Part shown: piece after piece, positions 12,291 through 25,430 of the stretch
How the letters are laid out: the number at the start of each line of letters is the position of its first letter
How positions within the stretch are numbered: the stretch's first letter is position 1
From: Eledone cirrhosa
Taxonomy: Eukaryota
Assembly: GCA_964016885.1 (NCBI GenBank)
Contig: OZ024740.1
Span: 104,904,001-104,968,000, forward strand
Direction of reading: 5' to 3'
DNA: 64,000 nucleotides
Program-made: the position numbers and the translations under genes
The notes under the pieces: generated by a model
What the model was told of the DNA's origin: nothing
The model's database searches: none
What the model saw: the letters and a program-made list of their open reading frames with translations, nothing else

Positions 12291-14552
12291 TTTTTTTTTT
12301 GAAGGCTGTCGTATTTTCCGTGGGAAACATTTGCACCGAAGATATGTGTCGTCAGTTCCAAAAAGTGGGGTTGGTCCTACACAAGCCTCCACCACTTAAA
12401 ACAAAACTTTGTGTGTGTAGTTCAAAATCAGTTCACTTTCTCACATTTAACTTTTGTTCGACACTCATACGTCAGATATTGACAGGAGAATCCATCATAT
12501 GTATATATATATGATGACTTCCCCCTCGTTATCGAGTATGGCCATTGCACGATATACCATTATTAATAATTATTAATTAATTCTATCGTGCAATGCCTGT
12601 ACTTGAAGATATTTTTTAAAGTGAGGAAAGACTGTGCACTGAGCCAATCCCACTCTCTGAGCGACAGTAGCTATACCCCAAAAAGAAGAAAAGATCAACA
12701 TCATCGGTAACTACTGAGCCGCAGGTTTTTTATCGGTGTTATCCAAGTTTCCTGAGTTGCCTTCTCCTAGAAGAATGCCCTGACAAAGGCTAGGGGTCCT
12801 TCACTCCCAGTGGTTTAACCGCGCGATCGGGTGTCCAGCCCGACTATTTCTATGTCTCTGCGCATATACACACACATGCACCCATGTAACCCAGTACAAC
12901 CTGTCACATGGTTGGGTCGTCGACGACTAAACTGTCAACCCCACCAAGTTTACTTGGTGAGGAGGGTGGTTTTGGACACCATGTAGGACAAAAGACAAAA
13001 CCCGACAAAGGGTGGAAGAACTCATAAGAGTCAACAGCCATCCAAAAGTATGTAAATATGTATATACACATGTACATATGTATATATATATATATATACA
13101 CACATATATTGACCTGTCTATATTCAATCTCTTTTGCATCATTCAATATTACTATTCTCATCATCATTATAACTGTTTCTCTCCCACAATCACTCATCTA
13201 TCATTTTACATGTCTTCCACTTAGAGGACATTCCCATGAAAGAGGGCATCTGTTCTTCCGACATTCTGTGTCCCGTCCATCATCACTCACTGTTAACCAT
13301 AGTTCCTTATCTTCTATCTCCCATCACATACTGCTAGCCTTCATTCTATCTTCTTCATGAGGCTCTTGGTTGACGGCTACCTCTCAATGTCACTTCTCCC
13401 CCCACTCTTTGCACTTTTATTTTTATTGCCAACTTCTTATCTACAATCAGTTATGTAGTGCCCAATCACTCACTCCTCACTCCATTCTATGCCATCCCAC
13501 CTCTGTCTCCCCCACCATTCTTACCATACATCTCTACTTCCTTTAACCACTACACACCTTTTATTTTCACTCATGGTTATGCTTGGTTTAGTAAAAGGCA
13601 ACCTCCCTATTGTTGGTGCCACTATAAAATACAGCTGATATGATTTGTAAAGTGGTTATCATTGGAACAGTAACAGCATGGTGTTAAGAAGGACATTAGG
13701 CCACAGAAACCATTCTGAAAAGTGTAGAGAGAACTCTTCAGTCATATCAAGGACATGACAAACACCCTAGTGCTGGTACCATGATAAAATGCACTTAGTA
13801 CACCCAGTAAACTGGTTGACAAAAGAGAATCCAGCTGTAGAAACTATGCCAAAACAGAATGCATTGAGGGGGGTGCACCTAGATGTTGACTCGATAGACA
13901 GACATAGTGTAGATAATAACTGAATAGATAGAAAAAAAATGTGCATATGTTGATGGGATAGATGGAAACAGTTTGTAGATGTTGACTGGATAGACAAAGT
14001 GTGTAACTGATGACTCAGTAGTCATATGTAGATAGTTTGTGAAGATATTGACTGGTTAGAGAAATAGTGTCTAGATGTTGACCAGATATAAAGACAACAT
14101 GTTGACTGGATTGATAGAGACAAAGTATGTATGTTAAATCAATAAACAAATTTTGAGGCAAATATTGATCACTTACGATCCAAATTCAGGAGGATAAAGA
14201 TAAATAAATAACATATATAGTCCTGAATACCACTGAGTTGATCTACTCACTATCCTTCTCTGATAATAATTGTTTCTACATTTATCACAAGTCCAGGAAA
14301 GAGAAAGTTGAATAAATCAACCCTAGTGCATTACTGATACTTTATTTTATCGACCCTGTAAGGATGAAATATAAAGCTAACCTCGACGGGATTTGAGCCC
14401 AGAATGTAAAGGGCCATATTTATATAGCACACAGCATGTTGTCCAATGCTAGGAAATCCTTGCTATTTTATAATTCTTCTGAGATTAAAGGTCATTGCTA
14501 GGAATTGTTTTCTATAGCCATGCGATTGCATGATGAGGTTGAAGTTTGTGAA

Positions 14553-14830
14553 TCATCATCATCATCATCATCATCATTTTACGTCCGCTTTTCCCTGCTT
14601 GCAAGGGTGGGATGGGAACTGATTCTGGCTTGATTTCTACAGCTGGATGCCCTTCCTAACACCAACCTCATTTACAGTGAGTGCTGGGTGCTTTTTTGCC
14701 ATGGCACCTACACGACCACTTTGCAGTGGAATTTCTACAGCTGAGTAAACTGGAGCAATGTGAAATAAAGTGTCTTGCTCAAGGAAACAACACATCACCT
14801 GGTCTGAGAATTGAACTCACAATCTTTCGG
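14553..14830 (-). mobile_element. Partial CORE-type tRNA SINE with RTE-derived tail
   Basis: Reverse complement of GTGAGTTCAATTCTC (B box), CCTTGAGCAAGACACTTTATTTCACATTGCTCCAG (CORE-like) and GGTGTTAGGAAGGGCATCCAGC, ending in (GAT)n. Confidence 0.8.
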
Positions 14831-15137
14831 ATTATATCCTGTACACTTCTGTCATTGCCATGATAATGAACAATTCCTGTTGTAAAATATGAATGACCAT
14901 ATAACAGATGCTGTTAGAAATTAGTTCAGTAACAAATTCGAGTTCGGTTTAAAGATCACAGTAGTTACAAATCTAATCACTGTTAATTTCTCAGATATAA
15001 CTTTAGATTTAGATACTGGTAAATATTGCCCTTAGAGTTAACCTAACAAGAAATTACAGTACATTGACATAAATTTCAGCCCTCTCCTTAAAATCTTTAA
15101 AAATTGTATAAGCAAGTGTAGCTTATCCTTTGATAAT

Positions 15138-15325
15138 TGTTTCTACTTTTGGCACAAGGCCAGCAATTATCCCAGCGTATTACTGGTACTTTATTTTATC
15201 GACCCCATAAGGATGAAAGGCAAAGTTAACCTCGGCAGGATTTGAACTCAGACCATAAAGGGTTGTAACTCATTGCTGCAAAGCATGATGTTCGACCCTC
15301 TACTGATCTTGCCAATCCACCGCCC
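15138..15325 (-). mobile_element. tRNA-derived SINE with Meta-like central domain and 14-bp TSD
   Basis: Minus strand: B box GAGTTCAAATCC then GCCTTTCATCC..GGGGTCGATAAAATAAAGTACCAG; TSD TATCCTTTGATAAT at 15124-15137 and 15326-15339. Confidence 0.85.
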
Positions 15326-16057
15326 TATCCTTTGATAATGTTACTTTAACTGAGTTACTCATGTTTAAAATGATGCATTAATCTTAATGTCCTGTACCAT
15401 ATGAAGCTGCATTAGCATGACATCCTTGAAAAGTAAAGAAAAAGTACTGTGATTGCATCATATGAAAAATTAAAGCCTTTCCCCCCCTTAATGCTGTCTA
15501 GTAATGATAATATTATAAACATTTGAATTAACAAACTTGTTTTTAGATATATTTTGCTAAATTTTAACAGGTTGTTAAGAGTTAAAAGACTGGCTTCAAA
15601 GAAAGATTAGATTACATACATAACACTAATAAGTGCAAAAATAGGAATTATATCAAAGACATGACAACCTTTCTTTTCCCTGTCTCTCTAACTCTATTAC
15701 TGTAACAACTTTTATTCCTCCAAATTAACAGGCTATATATTCAAGAACTGCTGTGAAAAATTCCATAATTTGCTCTGGCACAACTAATGCCCTCACCTTT
15801 CCTTCTCTGGTCACCATTAATATGTGTTAACTTTCACAGAGGCCTAATCTAATTTAAATCAAATTTTGAGGAAGGGGTACAGTTGATTTTCAGATTTGTG
15901 ATTGATCAACTTTGCAATGATGAAAGGCAAAAGCAATCTAAGTGAGATGGGAACTCAGACCATAAAGAAGTGTAACTAAATACCACAAAGCCTTTTTGTC
16001 TGAAGCTATAACAATTCTGCCAGTTACAATCTTCTAAATAACACTTATTATTATAGT

Positions 16058-16283
16058 GGACTGTAAAGTGGACGTGTAGGCGCCACGAAAAAGCACCCAG
16101 CACTCACTGTAAATGAGGTTGGTGTTAGGAAGGGCATCCAGCTGTAGAACTCAAGCCAAATCAGTTCCTGTATGAGCAAGGCATGGTCAGCCGACCAGAC
16201 ACTGCCCACAACAAGACAACCCGTCTTACCCATGCTAGCGTGGAAGAACGGACGTAAAACGGTGATGATGATGATGATGATGG
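16058..16283 (+). mobile_element. SINE/RTE 3' tail fragment
   Basis: AGCACTCACTGTAAATGAGGTTGGTGTTAGGAAGGGCATCCAGC...CGGACGTAAAAC(GAT)n. Confidence 0.75.
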
Positions 16284-16768
16284 ACTAGCAGAAAAACCAC
16301 ATTTCGGGTGGTTTTCTGCTAGCATATGTAGTGTGTATATTGCTATTATATGTAAGTATATATGCATGTAGATATGATACATCAAATAAAATCGTAATTG
16401 ACAATATACACAAAAATTGAATGAAGACTGCGTTACACTGTCTTATGTAATCAGTAACGTAATCCATGATACATTAAAAATAGACGATATTATATATAAA
16501 CTGCATTAGGAGAAAATTAGTGACAGAAATATATGAATGTTTATTTAAGCGATCGCTAACCAGAAGTGTTGATATTTGAAAATTTTAAAGAAGTGAATCT
16601 TAAAATAAGCCACAAAATTATTTATATTTAATCAAGAATAACGAAATTTAGTAGATAAATTATGTAATATTCATTTATTATTTATTCAAAGTAATCCAAC
16701 TTATTTTACAAACGGGATAAAAAAATATATTCTGGACGCAGTCCCGCACTCCATACTTTATTATAGTT

Positions 16769-16951
16769 TAGATTGGCAGTATCAGTAGAGGGTCTGACAC
16801 CATGCTTTGCAGCAAAGAGTTACAGCCCTTTATGGTCTGAGTTCAAATCCCGCCAAGGTTAACTTTGCCTTTCATTCTTACGGGGTCGAAAAAATAAAGC
16901 ACCAGTAATATACTGGGATAATTGCTGGCCTTGTGCCAAATGTAGAGACAA
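16769..16951 (+). mobile_element. Meta-type tRNA SINE with TSD
   Basis: GAGTTCAAATCCCGCCAAGGTTAACTTTGCCTTTCATTC; TSD TTATTATAGT on both sides; further copies at ~14300-14450, 21160-21235, 22430-22545, 54770-54945, 62740-62895 and 63705-63755. Confidence 0.8.
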
Positions 16952-17247
16952 TTATTATAGTGGAGCTTATGTATGTATATCTATATATGTAACCTAAGCA
17001 CAGCTGGTACTTCCTTTTCTTCTCACCACCTATAACAATCACCTTAAGTAATGGAACGTAATAAGTTTTAACATATTGTCATACATTTTTGTTTTAGGGA
17101 CACTACTATCAACTTGTGCTTGTTAAGTACAATTTCTAGTATATATGCGCTAGCATGGAAAATGGACGTTAAATGATGATGATGATATATATATATATAT
17201 ACACACACACATGCATACATACATATATACATATGTATGTATATGTA

Positions 17248-17633
17248 TCACCATCATCATCACCGTTTTATGTCCATTCTTCTACGCTAGCATGGGTTAG
17301 ACGGGTTGTCCTGTTGTGGGCAGTAGCCAGTCGGCTGACCATGTCTTGCTCATACGGGAATTGTTTCTGGCTTGATTTCTACAGCTGGATACCTTTCCTA
17401 ACACCAACCTCATTTACAGTGAGTGCTGGGTGCTTTTTTGCTGTAGCACCTCCACGACCACTTTGCAGTGGAATGATAGGGACCTCAGTCCTATCATCAC
17501 ATTTCTACAGCTGAGTAAACTGGAGCAATGTGAAATAAAGTATCTTGCTCAAGGAAACAACACATCACCCGGTCCGAGAATTGAACTCACAACCTTTCAA
17601 TTGCAAGCCCAATGCTCTAACCACTAAGCCATG
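17248..17633 (-). mobile_element. CORE-type tRNA SINE with RTE-like tail
   Basis: Minus strand: CATGGCTTAGTGGTTAGAGC (A box), GTGAGTTCAATTCTC (B box), CORE-like segment, GATAGGACT..CCTATC hairpin, RTE-type tail. Confidence 0.85.
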
Positions 17634-17929
17634 TTAGGCAGTTTACCAATGGGTAGAACCAGTGGTTCAGGTCAGTAAACAATGATGCAACAAATTAATT
17701 CAAGCACTCAACATTATGCAAACCATCTACCATAGATGTGGTATCCAGTGGTTGGAGCAGGAACAGAGTAAAGTATTCATTAAAACTAGGGGATTTCATC
17801 AGACGTTATTTGCAGACATAACAGGATTACAAACAGACATAACAGGAATCCAAACATAAAGTAGAAGATAGGAGATAGAAAAAAATAGAAGATACATATA
17901 TTCACATGCATGTATATATATATATATAT

Positions 17930-20838
17930 ATTCTGTGATGCAAATAACCTAACTATCTGTAACACTAACTTCAAAAAACGTGACAATCACCTGATCACCT
18001 ATAGATCCGGGGAACACACAAGCCAGGTAGATTATATCCTTACCAGAAGACGTGACAGAGTGTCTGTTGTTAACACTAAATCCCTCCCCCATGAAGAATG
18101 CACCTCCCAACATAGACTGATAATTAGCGACCTCATAGTCAGGACGAGACGTACTCGACAACAGAAGAGGACTATCCTCAGGAGGAAAATATGGAAGCTA
18201 AAGGACCCCACAGCCAGGAATAAATTTCAAAGCATATTACTTGATGCTTTCGACAGTAAGGAAGAACATTTAGAGTCGGACAATATAGAGGGAGAGTGGG
18301 AATTTCTGAAAGCAAACCTGCTGTTGGCGACAGACGAGGTCTGTGGCTGGAGCAGGCCTGTAGGCAGGAGGAGAGTAACATGGTGGTGGAACAGTAAGGT
18401 GGAGGGGTCAATTAAGGCCAAAAAGCAGGCTTGGAAAGTATGGCGGGATGGGGGAAGTAGAGAGGACTATCAAGTGGCCAGGAGGGAAGCTAGGAGACAA
18501 GTGTACTTAGCAAGAAGGGAAGCTGAGGAAAGAAAGTTCAAGCATGTTCTACAACGCGATGACCAAAAACGTGAGGTGTTCAGGATTGCTAGGCAATGCG
18601 TCAAGGAAAACCGTGATATTGTCGGGGAGAAGTGTGTACTAAACGACGATGGCACACTTGCCATCACCGACGCTGATAAGAAGGTAGCTTGGAAGTGTCA
18701 CTATGAAAGGCTTCTAAATGAGGAGAATAATTGGGAGAAAGGCAGTCTCCCCCATATCGACCCAATAGAGGGACCAGCAGTGTTAGTCGAGGGGAGTATA
18801 ATAAGTAAGGCAATCAAGGATATGAAGACTGGTAAGGCGGCTGGGCCTTCGGAAATAGTTGCTGAGATGCTGAAGGCATCTGGCATGGTGGGACACACCA
18901 TGGTCACCCGCATAGTTAACCAAGTCGTACAGAATGGGGTTGTTCCGAAGGACTGGCATAGCAGCATCATCGTTAACTGTTATAAGGGTAAAGGAGACGC
19001 CCTAGATAGGAGTAACTATAGAGGCATTAAATTAATCGACCAGGTCATGAAGGTCACGGAAAGAGTAATAGCGCAACTAATCAGAGAGAGAATTGACCTA
19101 GATGAAATGCAGTTCGGGTTTGTGTCAGGCAAAAGTACCACAGACGCTCTTTTCATAGTACGACAACTACAGGAGAAGTACCTAGCTAAAGGTAAACCCC
19201 TCTACTTAGCTTTTGTCGACTTGGAGAAAGCCTTCGACAGAGTCCCCCGCTCCATTATCTGGTGGGCTCTTAGAAAACTAGGCGTTGACGAATGGCTTGT
19301 GAGGGCTATACAAGCCATGTATAAAGAAACAGTCAGCAAGGTTAGAATTAACAACGAATATAGTGAAGAGTTTAGCGTAAAAGTTGGCGTCCATCAGGGC
19401 TCTGTTCTCAGTCCACTACTATTTATTATTGCCCTTCAGGCTATAACAGAGGAGTTCAAGACAGGCTGCCCATGGGAACTCCTATACGCAGACGACCTGA
19501 CACTCATAGCGGAATCAATGGCCGAGCTAGAGAAGAAATTCCAAACATGGAAGCACGGCCTAGACTCAAAAGGACTTAAAATTAACCTGGCTAAGACCAA
19601 AGTACTAGTTTGTAGGAAAGAAAACAAGGCGGCGGTCCCTTCTGGGAAATGGTCGTGCTCGGTGTGTAGGAAAGGCGTAGGTAGAAACTCCATTTTATGT
19701 CCTAAATGCAAAGTATGGGTGCATAAAAGATGTAGTGGGATCACAGGTAAGCTAACTAAGAACATAGATTTTACATGTGGCCGGTGCTCTGGTGCAATAA
19801 GTAGCAGCAAGTGCCCACAAACTACTAGCTCTTTCAATTGCGCAGAGGGTTCTATAGAAATAGTGGACAGCTTCCGTTACCTGGGCGATAAAATCAGCAG
19901 TGGGGGAGGGTGCTCTGAAAGTACTGTAGCTAGAGTCAGAACTGGTTGGAAAAAGTTCAGAGAGCTTATACCACTATTAGCTGCTAAAGGGTTCTCACTA
20001 AAAATGAAAGGCAGGTTGTACGATGCCTGCATACGAACAGCAATGCTGCATGGCAGTGAGACCTGGGCATTTTGTGCAGAGGATATACGCAGACTAGAGA
20101 GGAACGAAGCTTGCATGCTCCGCTGGATGTGTAACAGTAATATACGTGAACGGCAAAGCATAAACGAACTAAGGAAAAAATTAGAGATAAGAGGGATCAG
20201 ATGTTGTTTACTCGAGAGAAGGCTACGTTGGTATGGACACGTGATGCGCATGAAAGTCGATAGCTGTATAACAAAGTGCAGGGCAATAAAGATAGACGGT
20301 AGTCACGGAATAGGCAGACCTAGAAAAACCTGGGACGAGCTGATAAACTCCGACATCACACACTTACACCTCTCCAAGACAATGTCACTGGACCGAGACC
20401 TTTGGCGGTACTCAGTAACAGAGAAGACCCGCCTTACCTAAATATATAGTAAAACCTACTCCAGCCAGTAGGCATCTCTAACAAAATACACCCCGTCCCA
20501 CCACCACCACCCCCACCCGATCCACACCACCCCGTTCTATGTAAAGTTATGTTGGTGCCGCGCCATCGAGGCCGAAACAAATGAGATCGTGTAGGTGTCA
20601 CGACAAAAAACACACAGTCCACGCTGTAATGTGGCCGTGTAGGCAACACGGTAAAAACCTCCCAGACCCACACTGTAAATGTGGTTGGTGTTAGGAAGGG
20701 CATCCAACTGTAGAAAACCTGCCAGACAGTCCTATGCGAGCAAGACAATCACTCTTGCCTCAAGTGGGACTACCCCCGTCCAAACCCATGCAAGCGTGGA
20801 ACACGGACGTTAAACGTTGATGATGATGATGATGATGA
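17930..20838 (+). mobile_element. RTE-clade LINE family 1, 5'-truncated, 3' UTR and (GAT)n tail intact
   Basis: Uninterrupted ORF to 20441 with the EN C-terminus (SQVDYIL, SQHRLI) and RT ([37 protein letters not shown]); 5' end abuts a (TA)n run. Confidence 0.95.
17931..20441 (+). CDS. RTE ORF (partial endonuclease + reverse transcriptase + PHD-like finger); no true start, the listed Met comes from the (TA)n flank
   Basis: ~835 codons without a stop; RT motifs as above; Cys/His cluster CSVC..CPKC..HKRC..CGRC. Confidence 0.85.
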   Translation, partial: FCDANNLTICNTNFKKRDNHLITYRSGEHTSQVDYILTRRRDRVSVVNTKSLPHEECTSQHRLIISDLIVRTRRTRQQKRTILRRKIWKLKDPTARNKFQSILLDAFDSKEEHLESDNIEGEWEFLKANLLLATDEVCGWSRPVGRRRVTWWWNSKVEGSIKAKKQAWKVWRDGGSREDYQVARREARRQVYLARREAEERKFKHVLQRDDQKREVFRIARQCVKENRDIVGEKCVLNDDGTLAITDADKKVAWKCHYERLLNEENNWEKGSLPHIDPIEGPAVLVEGSIISKAIKDMKTGKAAGPSEIVAEMLKASGMVGHTMVTRIVNQVVQNGVVPKDWHSSIIVNCYKGKGDALDRSNYRGIKLIDQVMKVTERVIAQLIRERIDLDEMQFGFVSGKSTTDALFIVRQLQEKYLAKGKPLYLAFVDLEKAFDRVPRSIIWWALRKLGVDEWLVRAIQAMYKETVSKVRINNEYSEEFSVKVGVHQGSVLSPLLFIIALQAITEEFKTGCPWELLYADDLTLIAESMAELEKKFQTWKHGLDSKGLKINLAKTKVLVCRKENKAAVPSGKWSCSVCRKGVGRNSILCPKCKVWVHKRCSGITGKLTKNIDFTCGRCSGAISSSKCPQTTSSFNCAEGSIEIVDSFRYLGDKISSGGGCSESTVARVRTGWKKFRELIPLLAAKGFSLKMKGRLYDACIRTAMLHGSETWAFCAEDIRRLERNEACMLRWMCNSNIRERQSINELRKKLEIRGIRCCLLERRLRWYGHVMRMKVDSCITKCRAIKIDGSHGIGRPRKTWDELINSDITHLHLSKTMSLDRDLWRYSVTEKTRLT

Positions 20839-20927
20839 TAGTAATAATAATAAATGTGAAGATTAAAATCCGAAGAGGGCTCGATAAGGATAATATATAT
20901 ATAAAAATATATAAAAACCATAGAGCA

Positions 20928-21057
20928 AATATTTATTAAAATAACAGATTAAAGTTTAAGCAAAGAATCGCTGCTTTCACCCTTAATGGGAAGATCCCGT
21001 TAAGGGTGAAAGCAGGGATTCTTTGCTTAAACTTTAATCTATTATTTTAATAAATAT
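20928..21057. repeat. ~130-bp fold-back inverted repeat carrying a probable hammerhead 3' half
   Basis: ATATTTATTAAAATAA...CCCTTAATGGGA-AGA-TCCCGTTAAGGG...TTATTTTAATAAATAT; right arm reads GAAA-GCAGGGATTCTTTGC-TT. Confidence 0.8.
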
Positions 21058-23237
21058 ATATATATGCACACACAGACATATACATTCATACACAACCACA
21101 TACACATGCAGATGTGTGTAAAAGTTTAGTGCATGAGTTGTTGTAAAGAAACTGTACGAAAGGATTTGAACTCAGACCATAAAGGGCTGTAACTCTTTGC
21201 TGCAAAGCATGGTGTCAGACCCTCTACTGATACTGTCATTCGACCTGCTAGAAATGGCTGTTAAATCACACTCAAATCAAACTCTATTGTCTTAAGAGAG
21301 GACATATTACATAGTGTGGTCTGGGTTTCCTGCATATAAGAAAAAGATGAGATGGGATAACAGTAAATCTTTGATCAGAGGGTGATTTGATTAGTGTTGA
21401 CCTAGGGCTAAACAGCAACAATAGCAACTGATAGTCAGAGAAGGGTAACACTCCCATATTATGGTTGGGTGTTTCCTTCATGTAAAGAATAACAGCTGTA
21501 AGTCCATTTGTGTATGCCTGCAACATGTGTCTGTGGTGAATGTCATGAACCATGTAACTGTTGTGTCTATATAGTCACTCACCCTGCAAGAAACAGCAAC
21601 AATACTACCCTAAAATCAAACCTTACCATTTGAAAAAGGGTGGAAGACCTGCATCTTGACACATACAGGAAACATATATAACATAGTTCTAAATACTTTC
21701 ACCCTTTACTTAGCATATTTCTAATGAAAAACTGTCAATTACTTTCTAATCATTTTGAAAACAATGAAGAATTTGGAGGAATTTAGTAATATAACTAATT
21801 TCCTCATTATCAATCTTGTGTTTGGTGTATAACTTATCCTTAGTCTTTAATAAAATTATGATAAAAGGCTTTTAGATAAATATGAAAACTTTAGAATAAA
21901 CAGTTTTCTATCATAGAATCAGGGGAGGTTTCAGGTTGTTTTGTATGAAAAGGATTAAACAAAGGTGATCTAATCACAGCTTGAATGTATTTGATAATAT
22001 GTAGGTAGGCTGAAAAGTTCATAGACTGACTATGAAGGAGTGATGCCAGAGCTGTGAAATCTTGCATGCATTAATTTCTACTCTTATTAATAACAGAATT
22101 GTTTCTTTCCAAGGACTATGTTGAAAAATAAACCTCATTTGGTCATTCCTTGAGAGTAACTTGGTCAGCCTATGAAATTTTCACCCTATGAACTTTTCAG
22201 TCGACCATTGTAGGTCTATTCATTTAGGCTTGAGTTAGGGATGTATGTATGTATGGTCCCGTAGCTCCTGATAGAGTCATAGGGGCGCCATATTGACATA
22301 CAGCGTTTCTTGGGAATGTTAAACCTGGCAAAGCCCATCCCTCTCCAGGCCTGAGTACAGCATATTTCTTCCAGAGAGATAGAAAGTGAGAGAGAGGAAA
22401 TGAGAAAGAAATATAGAGGAAGAGTCAGCCCCAGTACTGGACTGGTACTTTTTTATCGACCTTGAAAGGATGAAAAGCAAAGTTGACCTTGGTGGGATTT
22501 GAACTCAGAGAGCAGAGAGCCGGAACAAATACCATAAAGCATTCCTGTAGTACATTCTAGAGTTGTCACTGTTATTGTTTAACCCAGGTCATCACTGATC
22601 TAACAGATCTGTGATCAAAGATCTTCCAGCTGATCGATCAATCAGATTGATCGACAAGATCTCAAGTTTCATTCGCTTACTGAATGAAGTGAAACTCATC
22701 AAATCAGATCAAGAAAAAAATGTTTCCATTGATCTTTCCATTGCTGATACTATCTATCAGTCACAACTCCTGGCAGAAAGAGCAACATAAAATAAAGTGC
22801 TTTGCTCCCTGTCTGGAAATTGAATTCACAATTGTCAGATTGTGAATCCAATTGGTCTAAACCTCTAAGCCACGCACCTCCATGTTCCACTCATGACCAT
22901 TTCATCTTTTGTGCAGACATAGTGTAGCTAGAACTACATAACTTAAGGTGTCTCTTCCTAGGGGTTTCGTTGTTTAGCCCCAGGCCAGCTTTGATCCAGC
23001 AGAATTATGATCAATGTTGTTCCAGTCATGAACAAGCATTTCTTTTATTCAGATATAATATAAAAGGACATTTTTTTCAGCTGTCATTTCTTTATTAAGA
23101 TGGTAGGATGCGAAGATAGTGAGATTTAGTTGCTATTTCTTGTAGTTCAAGTGATCATATAAAAGACATGTCAATAGTACATGTATCTATTATATCTCCT
23201 ACACACATATGCCCACACACACACATATATATACATG

Positions 23238-23267
<30 letters not shown>

Positions 23268-23268
<1 letters not shown>

Positions 23269-25097
23269 GGGGAAGAATGTACCCCACAGCATAGGTTAGT
23301 CGTTAGTGACATCTCAGTAAGCAAGAGACAAAATGAGACATACAGGAAGGTGTGGAAAAGGAAGGTTTGGAAGCTAAAAGACCTTTCACTAAAATATAAA
23401 TTTAGGAAAGCCCTTCAAGATGTGTATGACAAAAAAGAAGACGATTTAGAATCGTATGACATAGATGATAACTGGAATTTCTTACATGACAACTTACTGC
23501 AGGCTACTGAAGAAACTTGTGGCTGGAGCAGAGCTCTGACTAGACAGAGAGTGATCTGGTGGTGGAACAGCACAGTAGATAGGGCCATTAGAGACAAAAG
23601 ACTAGCATGGAACGCTTGGAAAAATGGTGGGAGTAGAGACCAATACACAGCTGCTAAGAGAGAAGCTAGATGTCAGGTGTACTTAGCACGCAGGGAGGCT
23701 GAGAGCAGGAGGTTTGCCAATATTCTGTGACAGGAAGATCAGAGACGTGCGGTGTTCCACATTGCAAGGCAGTGTGTCAGTGTAAATCAGGATGTTGTTG
23801 GAGATAAGTGTGTCTGGAATGATGCTGGTGTACTTAGTGTCACGAATGATCAGAAAAAGAAGGCCTGGAAATGTCATTATGAGTGAATGATGAATGTGGA
23901 GAACAAATGGGAGAGAGAGAAATTAACCCCAGTAGACCTGACAGGGACCAGCTAATGAGATTGACGAATATAGGGTCCAAGAGGCAATTAAGGAAATGAA
24001 AAATGGTAAGGCCGCTTGACCGTCGGGGATAGTTGCTGAGATGCTGAAGGCATCAGCAGAAGTAGGCACCAAACTGGTTGCACGCATCATCAATCAAGCT
24101 ATATATGGCAGTGTCATACCCAAAGACTGGTGCAGCACTATTCTCATAAATTGCTACAAAGGTAAAGGGGATGCTTTGGAGAAGAGCAATTATAGGGGCA
24201 TAAAACTGATGGATCAGGTTATGAAAGTGGCAGAGAGAATATTAGCGCAACTAATTAGAGAAAGGGTCAAATTAGACGAGATGCAGTTTGGTTTTGTGCC
24301 TGGCAAAAGTACAACAGATGCCCTCTTCTTAGTGAGACAACTACAAAATAGGTTCTTAGAGAAGAATAAGCCACTATACTTAGCTTTTGTTGACCTAGAG
24401 AATGCCTTTGATAGGGTACCCCGATCTGTCATCTGGTGGTCCCTAAGGAAACTAGGTGTAGAGGAATGGCTTGTGAGGACAGGGCAAGCTATGTCAGTAA
24501 AGTAAAAGTAGGAATGGAGTTTAGTGAGGAATTCCAGATACTAGTAGGACAGTAGAAGTCGCATTGATAGACACATTTTTCAAATGCAGGTGGGTTCTAT
24601 AGAAGTGGTTGATCGCTTCCGGTACCTAGATGATCAGATTAGCATGGGAGGGAGACCATAGTATCTAGAATAAGAACGGGTTGGAAGAAGTTTAGGGAGC
24701 TGCTTCCTCAGCAACTGCAGAGGATATGCAACAGCTGGAGAGAAATGAAGCAACCATGCTCCGTTGGATGTGCAATGTCAATGTGTGTGAATGACCAAGC
24801 ATAGATGAGTTGAGAAAGAAACTGTGTATAAGAGGGATAATTTGTAGTGTGCGGGAGAGAAGACTATGATGGTATGGACATGTGATCCACATGGAGTATG
24901 ACCGCTGGGTAAAGAAGTGCCAAGAAATCCCAGTAGAAGGAAGATGCAGTAGAGGAAGACTACAAAAAACATGGGTGGAGGTGGTGAAAGCAGACCTCAG
25001 ATCGCTGAAGCTCACGGAGGAGCAGACGAAGGACCATGACAAGTGGAAAGATGCTGTGCTGAATAGGACCCGTCCCACCCTTGCAAGCACTAACATT
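23268..25097 (+). mobile_element. RTE-clade LINE family 2, decayed with internal deletions
   Basis: EECTPQHRLVV, WWWNS, NYRGIKL, QFGFVPGKSTTDA, FVDLENAFD, GR..KTW; several stops; the YADD region is deleted. Confidence 0.9.
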
Positions 25098-25232
25098 AAA
25101 TAGAATATTTTTTTATTGTTAATAATATTAAACAATTCTTTTAGGTCTCAAATCAAGAGAATTGTCAATTTTTTGTTATAGGTGTTGATACTCAATGGCA
25201 TTCCCAGCTGTGACTACCCTGTCTTTTTTATA

Positions 25233-25430
25233 TGAGGGTAGGTTGAAAAGATCATAGACTTACTATGAAGTAATGATGCCAGAGCTGTGAAATCTTGCAT
25301 GCATTAATTTCAACTCTTCTTATTAATAACTGCATTTTTCTTTTCAGGGACTATGTTGAAAAATAAACCTATTTTAGTCATTCCATGAGAGTATTTTGGT
25401 CAGCCTATGAACTTTTCAGCCGACCCTCAT
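25233..25430. mobile_element. Mariner-type MITE, well preserved
   Basis: TA-TGAGGGTAGGTTGAAAAG ... ACTTTTCAGCCGACCCTCA-TA. Confidence 0.8.
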
